The notes below the pieces were generated by a model, which did not search any database, was not told the DNA's origin, and worked only from the letters and a program-made list of their open reading frames with translations. A stretch of 64,000 nucleotides of DNA from Candidatus Subterrananammoxibius californiae (GTDB lineage Bacteria > Planctomycetota > Brocadiia > Brocadiales > Subterrananammoxibiaceae), in assembly GCA_030586555.1 (NCBI GenBank), contig JAURAC010000002.1, positions 1 to 64,000 on the forward strand, written 5' to 3'. Made by a program: the position numbers and the translations under genes. This document shows positions 58,073-64,000 of the stretch, in pieces (positions within the stretch are counted from its first letter, which is position 1; the number at the start of each line of letters is the position of its first letter).

Positions 58073-59911
58073 ATGGGAAATAACATACGTAATATTGCAA
58101 TAATTGCCCATGTTGACCATGGCAAGACAACGCTCGTTGACCAGATGCTTAAACAGACCGGGGTATTCCGGGCAAATCAGCAAATTATGGAACGGGTGCT
58201 TGATTCCAACGACCAGGAGCGTGAAAGAGGCATTACCATAATAGCAAAGAATATCTCCATTAATTATAAGGGGGTAAAGATTAATATCATTGATACGCCT
58301 GGCCACGCCGATTTTGGTGGCGAGGTGGAGAGGGTCTTGAAGATGGCTGATGGCGTCCTCCTTCTTGTTGATGCCTATGAGGGACCAATGCCTCAAACCA
58401 GGTTTGTTTTACGCAAGGCGCTTGGTTACCATCTTAGACCGCTTGTAGTAATCAATAAGATTGACAGGACAGATTCTCAGCCAGAAAAGGCTCTTGATGA
58501 GATTTTTGACCTCTTCGTTGAACTTAATGCAAGCGATGAGCAGTTAGATTTCCCCGTAATATATGCAAGCGCAAAGAATGGTATAGCAAAATTATCGCTC
58601 CAGGATGACAGCAATGATATAACGCCGCTTTTAGACGCAATCCTTAAATATGTTCCTGAACCAAAGGGGGACTTGACTGCGCTACTCCAGGTGCTTGTTG
58701 CATCGCTTGATTATAATGATTTTGTAGGACGTATTGGTATCGGAAGAATATTCTCTGGGACGCTCAGGGCAAACCAGCAAGTAATGTGGATTACTCGTGA
58801 AGGCGAACATAAGCTTGCCAGAATAAATGAGGTTTATACCTTCCACGGCATGGGAAGGGAATCCGTATCTGAAGCGGTAGCGGGCGACATTGTTGCATTT
58901 ACAGGGATAGAAGACGTTGATATTGGGGATACAATATCTTCAGCTGAAAATCCGCAACAACTGTCATCAATAAGTATTGATGAGCCAACGTTATCAATGG
59001 TCTTTTCTGTTAACGATTCGCCTTTTTCTGGACAGGATGGCAGGTATGTTACAAGCAGAAACCTCCGAGAAAGGCTTTACAGGGAACTCAGGTCTAACGT
59101 TGCCCTGAGGGTAGAGGATACAGCCTCACCCGATGCGCTTCGCGTTTCAGGACGAGGATTATTACACCTGTCTGTGCTAATTGAAAATATGAGGCGTGAA
59201 GGGTACGAACTGCAGGTATCCAAGCCAAAGGTTATCTATAAAGATATTAATGGCAAAAAGGCTGAACCTGTTGAATACGTTGTCATTGATGTGCCTGATG
59301 AATACTCAGGGCAAGTAATCTCAATGATTGGAAGCAGGCGTGGGGATATGATTAGTATGGAATCGGATAAGGGTCATACCCATTTTGAATTCAAGGTTCC
59401 TTCACGTGGGCTCATCGGGTTAAGAAATCGCCTGTTAAGCGCAACCCGTGGCGAAGCCGTTATGTACCACAACTTTTATGACTACGAGCCATTCAAGGGA
59501 TTCATACCCCATAGAATACAGGGTGTGCTCGTATCCATGGCAACAGGGGAGGCAACAACCTATGCTATTGATGCGCTCAAGGACCGTGGCGTAATGTTTA
59601 TTGAACCAGGCGTCAAGGTCTATGAAGGGATGATTGCCGGCGAGCACTGCGAGGAGAACGACATCGCCGTTAATATATGCAAGAGTAGAAAGGCAACTAA
59701 CGTTCGGTCTTCTACTGCAGACAAGGGCATCAAACTTCAACCACCGAGAATATTATCCTTAGAGATGGCATTAGAGTATATAGAGGATGATGAATTAGTA
59801 GAGGTAACGCCAAAGACCTTCAGGCTAAGGAAAAAGGCTCTCAAAGAAAAGGAGCGCAGAAGAATTACCCATGAGGAAGGCGAGTATGCACAGGTTTCAG
59901 GAGCTGAGTAA
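58073..59911 (+). CDS. typA: Translational GTPase TypA/BipA
   Basis: RNIAIIAHVDHGKTTLVD, DTPGHADFGGEVER, GRG.LHL..LIE.MRREG.E, DELVEVTP...RLRK. Confidence 0.98.
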   Translation: MGNNIRNIAIIAHVDHGKTTLVDQMLKQTGVFRANQQIMERVLDSNDQERERGITIIAKNISINYKGVKINIIDTPGHADFGGEVERVLKMADGVLLLVDAYEGPMPQTRFVLRKALGYHLRPLVVINKIDRTDSQPEKALDEIFDLFVELNASDEQLDFPVIYASAKNGIAKLSLQDDSNDITPLLDAILKYVPEPKGDLTALLQVLVASLDYNDFVGRIGIGRIFSGTLRANQQVMWITREGEHKLARINEVYTFHGMGRESVSEAVAGDIVAFTGIEDVDIGDTISSAENPQQLSSISIDEPTLSMVFSVNDSPFSGQDGRYVTSRNLRERLYRELRSNVALRVEDTASPDALRVSGRGLLHLSVLIENMRREGYELQVSKPKVIYKDINGKKAEPVEYVVIDVPDEYSGQVISMIGSRRGDMISMESDKGHTHFEFKVPSRGLIGLRNRLLSATRGEAVMYHNFYDYEPFKGFIPHRIQGVLVSMATGEATTYAIDALKDRGVMFIEPGVKVYEGMIAGEHCEENDIAVNICKSRKATNVRSSTADKGIKLQPPRILSLEMALEYIEDDELVEVTPKTFRLRKKALKEKERRRITHEEGEYAQVSGAE

Positions 59912-60653
59912 TTTGAACGACAGGAAAATACAATGGGTGGCATGGACCACGTCATGCCGACATGGCATGGCAAACTTGTTTGTCCGTGCCACTGTTTTAC
60001 CAATACTTACACTATCACTGATAGGCGGCTTGAACCACGGCTGCAGTAAACCATCACAAGAGCCTGTAGGGGCAGGTTTAAAACCTGCCCCTACCTCCGT
60101 AACGCAGGACTCCGATAACGATGCAGCCAAACATTTCAATACGGGTATTGAAAGCGCAAAAAAGGGAAACCTTGACGAAGCAATAACATCGTGGAAGAAG
60201 GCGATTGAAATAGACCCAAAATTTATAAAGGCTCATAATTACCTTGCCCGTTCATACTACACAAAGGAAAGGTTTGACGATGCGCTAAGTGAATATAAAA
60301 CGGTAACAGAACTTGACCCTGCCGATGCAATGGCACAGGCAAGCATTGGATTTGTCTACAGGATGAAGGAAATGTATGACGATGCCATTGCCGCCTGCAA
60401 TAAAGCGCTACAGACTGACCCTCGACTTGCTGCCGCATATAATTGCATTGGGCTATCATACACTCAAAAGAAGATGTACGCAGAGGCTGTTAACGCATTT
60501 AAAAGTGCATTAGAGATTAATCCTAATTATGCCGATGCCCTTTTTGGACTCGGAGTTGCCTATAATGGTGAAGGGAAGACTGAAGAGTCAAAGCAGGCGT
60601 TTGAAACCTTTGATAAAATAAAAGATAAAACATCTGCAAAACCAGCGCATTAA
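59871..60653 (+). CDS. TPR-repeat protein, probably a lipoprotein (start uncertain, perhaps 59967)
   Basis: About five TPR units; hydrophobic stretch ending HGC; in-frame GTAG palindrome at 60066-60094 (VGAGLKPAPT). Confidence 0.85.
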   Translation: MRKASMHRFQELSNLNDRKIQWVAWTTSCRHGMANLFVRATVLPILTLSLIGGLNHGCSKPSQEPVGAGLKPAPTSVTQDSDNDAAKHFNTGIESAKKGNLDEAITSWKKAIEIDPKFIKAHNYLARSYYTKERFDDALSEYKTVTELDPADAMAQASIGFVYRMKEMYDDAIAACNKALQTDPRLAAAYNCIGLSYTQKKMYAEAVNAFKSALEINPNYADALFGLGVAYNGEGKTEESKQAFETFDKIKDKTSAKPAH

Positions 60654-60777
60654 ATAATGACCAATTCCCAATTGTCAATGTCAAATAAATTTCCAATTAC
60701 CAAATTTTTGGGATTTGGAATTTGGGAATTTATTTGGATTTGGGATTTGGTCATTGGGATTTAATAGGGACAAGGGC

Positions 60778-61092
60778 ATGACTAAACAAGAAAGTATTAG
60801 GCATATCCAGCAACAAATTAAAGAGATTGAGGACATGGAAGGGCTTAATAAGGACCATCCAAGATTTAAGGGTTGGCTTGAAAAGTCTATAGCAATCATT
60901 AAGAGTATAGAAAATCTTGCCCCTAAATATTTAAAGGATTTTGTAAATCTCCCATTCCATGCTATGAGACTTAATCTTGGATGCAACCCACCATCTGACC
61001 CTCATGATATTTCCCGCTATAGAGAAGACATCCACATCGCAAAAACTATCTTAGAAAGTATAGTTGACCAACTCAAGCTTCGCAAGGATTGA
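60778..61092 (+). CDS. Hypothetical protein
   Basis: 104-aa open frame from ATG 60778. The upstream extension in the ORF track is repeat-derived. Confidence 0.6.
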   Translation: MTKQESIRHIQQQIKEIEDMEGLNKDHPRFKGWLEKSIAIIKSIENLAPKYLKDFVNLPFHAMRLNLGCNPPSDPHDISRYREDIHIAKTILESIVDQLKLRKD

Positions 61093-61314
61093 AAGTATAC
61101 GAATAGTATACAAGGAATTACCCTTTCTGTTTTTCGCACTACCTTTAGAATATGTTAATAATCCAGGGCAGGTTTCTATTTTTTCAAATTAACGCTATCA
61201 TTTCAAAGTAGCCAAAGAAATAGCTTGCATTTCTGCATAATTAGTTGTTTAATAATGGATAAACCTTATAGCAAATTAAGATTATGAAAAAAAATAACAA
61301 CTGAGGGACGATAG

Positions 61315-62370
61315 ATGACAGGTACTTCATTACCCATCACCATTAATACCATTTCGAGCAAAAAACAGCACAAATCTTCGATTATTAAAGAGGCGAAATT
61401 TTTTCTCGACGTAGAAATTGATGCCATCCGCAGGGTAAAAGACCTCCTTGATGAAAATTTTGAGAAGGCGGTAAACTTACTCTACGATTGCAAGGGAAAG
61501 GTAGTAGTAACGGGGATGGGTAAGAGTGGCATTATCTCAAAGAAGATTGCCGCCACCATGTCCAGTACAGGCACACTTGCAGTCTTCCTGCATCCTGCCG
61601 AGGGGATTCACGGAGACTTGGGTATTGTTACAGCTAACGATGTAGTTCTTGCCCTGAGCAAGAGTGGAGAGACGGAGGAAATCCTGACATTACTACCATC
61701 TATCAAGGAAATTGGCGCAAAGATTATTAGCCTCGTGGGAAATATTCATTCCACACTTGCAAGAGAATCCAACGTCGTAATTGATGCAAGTGTTGAACGA
61801 GAAGCATGCCCACTAAACCTCGTGCCTACGGCAAGCACCACAGTAACTATGGTATTGGGCGATGCCCTGGCAACAAGCTTGATAAAAAAGAGGGGTTTTA
61901 AGTCCCAGGACTTTGCCGTTTATCATCCCGGTGGTATCTTAGGCAAGAGGCTTTTATTAAAGGTTAAGGATTTGATGCACACTGGGGATGAGAATCCCAT
62001 CCTTCATGAAGATACTAATATGAGCGATGTTATTGTTACACTCACAGAGAAGAAGATGGGTGGCGTAAATATAGTAGATACCTGTGGGCATCTACAAGGC
62101 ATCATAACCGATGGCGATTTGCGAAGGTCATTGAAACATAAGGAACGATTATTCAGTCTTAAAGCCAAAGATATAATGACAAAAAATCCAGTCGTAACCT
62201 CACCAGAAGCAAAGGCTGTTGAAGCCCTGGAATTAATGGAAAACAGACCATCCCAGATAATGGTCTTACCTGTAGTTGATACAGAAAAGAAGGTTGTTGG
62301 AATACTCAGGCTTCATGATATTGTAAGGGCGGGATTATATAGCCAAGAGGGAATAGGCAATAGGGAATAG
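61315..62370 (+). CDS. kdsD: Arabinose-5-phosphate isomerase (KpsF/GutQ, SIS plus CBS)
   Basis: TGMGKSG, STGT...HP.E..HGDLG, S.SGET.E, EACP.NL.PTAST, HPGG.LG, GIITDGDLRR. Confidence 0.95.
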   Translation: MTGTSLPITINTISSKKQHKSSIIKEAKFFLDVEIDAIRRVKDLLDENFEKAVNLLYDCKGKVVVTGMGKSGIISKKIAATMSSTGTLAVFLHPAEGIHGDLGIVTANDVVLALSKSGETEEILTLLPSIKEIGAKIISLVGNIHSTLARESNVVIDASVEREACPLNLVPTASTTVTMVLGDALATSLIKKRGFKSQDFAVYHPGGILGKRLLLKVKDLMHTGDENPILHEDTNMSDVIVTLTEKKMGGVNIVDTCGHLQGIITDGDLRRSLKHKERLFSLKAKDIMTKNPVVTSPEAKAVEALELMENRPSQIMVLPVVDTEKKVVGILRLHDIVRAGLYSQEGIGNRE

Positions 62371-62397
62371 GGAATATTGGCTATTTTCTACGGCGGC

Positions 62398-62470
62398 GGG
62401 CCCATAGCTCAGTCGGCAGAGCAGCGGACTCATAATCCGCGGGTCCCAGGTTCGAGCCCTGGTGGGCCCA
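62398..62470 (+). tRNA. tRNA with CAT anticodon (probably tRNA-Ile2; elongator Met not excluded), CCA not encoded
   Basis: GGGCCCA/TGGGCCC acceptor stem with paired position 1 (not an initiator), GCGGA-CTCATAA-TCCGC anticodon arm, TTCGA T-loop. Confidence 0.9.
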
Positions 62471-62579
62471 CTTGCATTACAACAACAAAATTTGAAAATT
62501 GAAGAATACAAATCTCAAATTTTAAATTTACAGTTTCCAATTTCCAATTTAGTTGATTCACGAATCTTAAATCCCAAAT

Positions 62580-64000
62580 ATGCCATCTAACAACATCAAA
62601 ACAGACAAACCCAAGCAGCAGAATAACATCATCAACAATATTAACCGGCTGATTGCATCAAGCCTGCTGCCGGATATTTTTAATGCCATAAGCTCAGAGT
62701 TAAAGCGCCTGATAGGCTTTGACCAGATGAACATCATCCTTCTTAGCGAAAAGAACGGAGGGTTTGAATTGCTAGAGTTTACAAGGGATTACGAATCAAG
62801 CAGGTTCAAAGAAGGCGCCTATTTTCGTAAAGAAGGAAGCCTCTGGGCAGAGGTGGTCAGAACCCGTAAGCCTATCATCTTGAAAGACACTAAAAAGGAC
62901 AACTATTGGTTAGGTAGCACCTTATTTAAAGAAGGTATCAGGTCTCGCCTTGCCTTTCCTCTCGAATATAAGGACAAGGTAGTTGGGATAATAAATATGG
63001 AGAGTAGAAGGGCAAGTAATTTCTCTGAGGAACAATTTGGTCTGCTTGAGCAGATTGCCCCTCAGCTCGCCATTGCGGTAGAAAATGCGATACTCTTCAA
63101 AAGGATTACCACATCAGAAGAAAAATACAAAACATTATTTGACCATGCCGCAGACCCTATAATACTTACTAACTCCGATGGAAGGATTACTACCGTCAAC
63201 GGCAGGGAAAAGACCATTATAGGTTACTCCGCAGATGAACTACTCGGCAAAGAAATATCCTGCCTATTGCCAGAGGAATATCGTAAAGCGGTATCAAAAC
63301 TTCTTGCCGACCTGTCTACGGATGGACGCACACAGGCAGATAGTGCAACTTTTCATGACAAGCTACCTACCATTGAATTACAGGTCTTGAGCAAAAATAA
63401 GCAATTAATCCCGATGGAGCTGGACGCTATTTCGGTTAAGGATGGTAGTAAGCTATTGTACACACAGATTCAATTAAGGGACATTAGCGAAAGGAAAAAA
63501 GCCCTGGAAGAGGCAAGAAGATACGCAGAGCACCTTGAGAAGGCTAACAAGGAACTGACAGAAACTCAGACCCAGTTAATCCATAGCGCAAGGCTCGCCT
63601 CTGTGGGCCAACTTGCTGCAGGCATAGCTCATCAGGTTAACAGCCCTTTGGGGGCAGTATCAGGCCGTATTCAGATGCTTATAAATAGCCTCGATGGTCT
63701 TGATAAAGCATCCCTTCGCGAGCAGCTGAGTAAGGTAGCTAATGATTGTACGCGTGTTACCAATATTATAAACGATCTCCTGGATTTTTCCAGAAAAGCA
63801 AGACCTACTAAAACCCCGGTGGCTGTTAATCTACTCTTGGAAAACGCCCTCGGTATGACAATACATTCCTTTATGTCAAAAAAGATACAAGTTAAGAAAA
63901 TACTGGATCCGAACCCTCTTATGGTTAATGGCGTAGCCGATGACTTGACTCACGTCTTTATAAATATTATAACTAATGCTATTGATGCTATGGAAGAAAA
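62580..64000 (+). CDS. GAF-PAS sensor histidine kinase, runs off the right edge
   Basis: Not in the ORF track; translated by hand. GAF (GIRS.LAFPL....VVG..., QLAIAVENA), PAS (SEEKYK.LF..A.D.I, RDISERK), H-box LAAGIAHQVNSPL, FINII.NAIDA. Confidence 0.92.
   Translation, partial: MPSNNIKTDKPKQQNNIINNINRLIASSLLPDIFNAISSELKRLIGFDQMNIILLSEKNGGFELLEFTRDYESSRFKEGAYFRKEGSLWAEVVRTRKPIILKDTKKDNYWLGSTLFKEGIRSRLAFPLEYKDKVVGIINMESRRASNFSEEQFGLLEQIAPQLAIAVENAILFKRITTSEEKYKTLFDHAADPIILTNSDGRITTVNGREKTIIGYSADELLGKEISCLLPEEYRKAVSKLLADLSTDGRTQADSATFHDKLPTIELQVLSKNKQLIPMELDAISVKDGSKLLYTQIQLRDISERKKALEEARRYAEHLEKANKELTETQTQLIHSARLASVGQLAAGIAHQVNSPLGAVSGRIQMLINSLDGLDKASLREQLSKVANDCTRVTNIINDLLDFSRKARPTKTPVAVNLLLENALGMTIHSFMSKKIQVKKILDPNPLMVNGVADDLTHVFINIITNAIDAMEE

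Noticed and set aside
1..64000. CRISPR array or cas genes
   Set aside because: No run of identical 23-50 bp repeats with unique spacers. The repeats are dispersed palindromes or degenerate short tandem units.

Overview
Bacterial chromosomal segment of moderate to low GC, from an anaerobe with an outer membrane (kdsD present). It may be a Planctomycetota/Brocadiia-like lineage, but that is an unverified impression. The core is a roughly 28 kb minus-strand block (46184 to 18205): argC, iscS/iscU, 2-oxoacid:ferredoxin oxidoreductase, an Rnf/Nqr hybrid (RnfC-D-G-E-A plus NqrF, no RnfB), a tandem-fused double malic enzyme, hypFCDE, a CoA-disulfide/persulfide reductase-rhodanese, a group 3b NiFe sulfhydrogenase with its protease, and a two-component system. 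Flanking it are a B12-radical SAM/type III PKS pair, tRNA-Ala(CGC), an AT-rich islet beside a duplicated hemA 3' end, ccsA-hemA, groEL-hsp20-lon, typA, kdsD, a CAT-anticodon tRNA and three decayed toxin-antitoxin loci. The strongest signal is the repeat content. At least four families of short palindromes, plus degenerate 7/8-mer mirror arrays, occur between genes and are also embedded in frame in about 19 proteins, sometimes nested and sometimes supplying start or stop codons. Other notable observations: complementary active-site loss in the two halves of the malic enzyme, a lysine-less IscS, and a sigma54-type groEL promoter with TGTCA-N3-TGACA boxes. All calls come from reading motifs by eye; no database searches were run.
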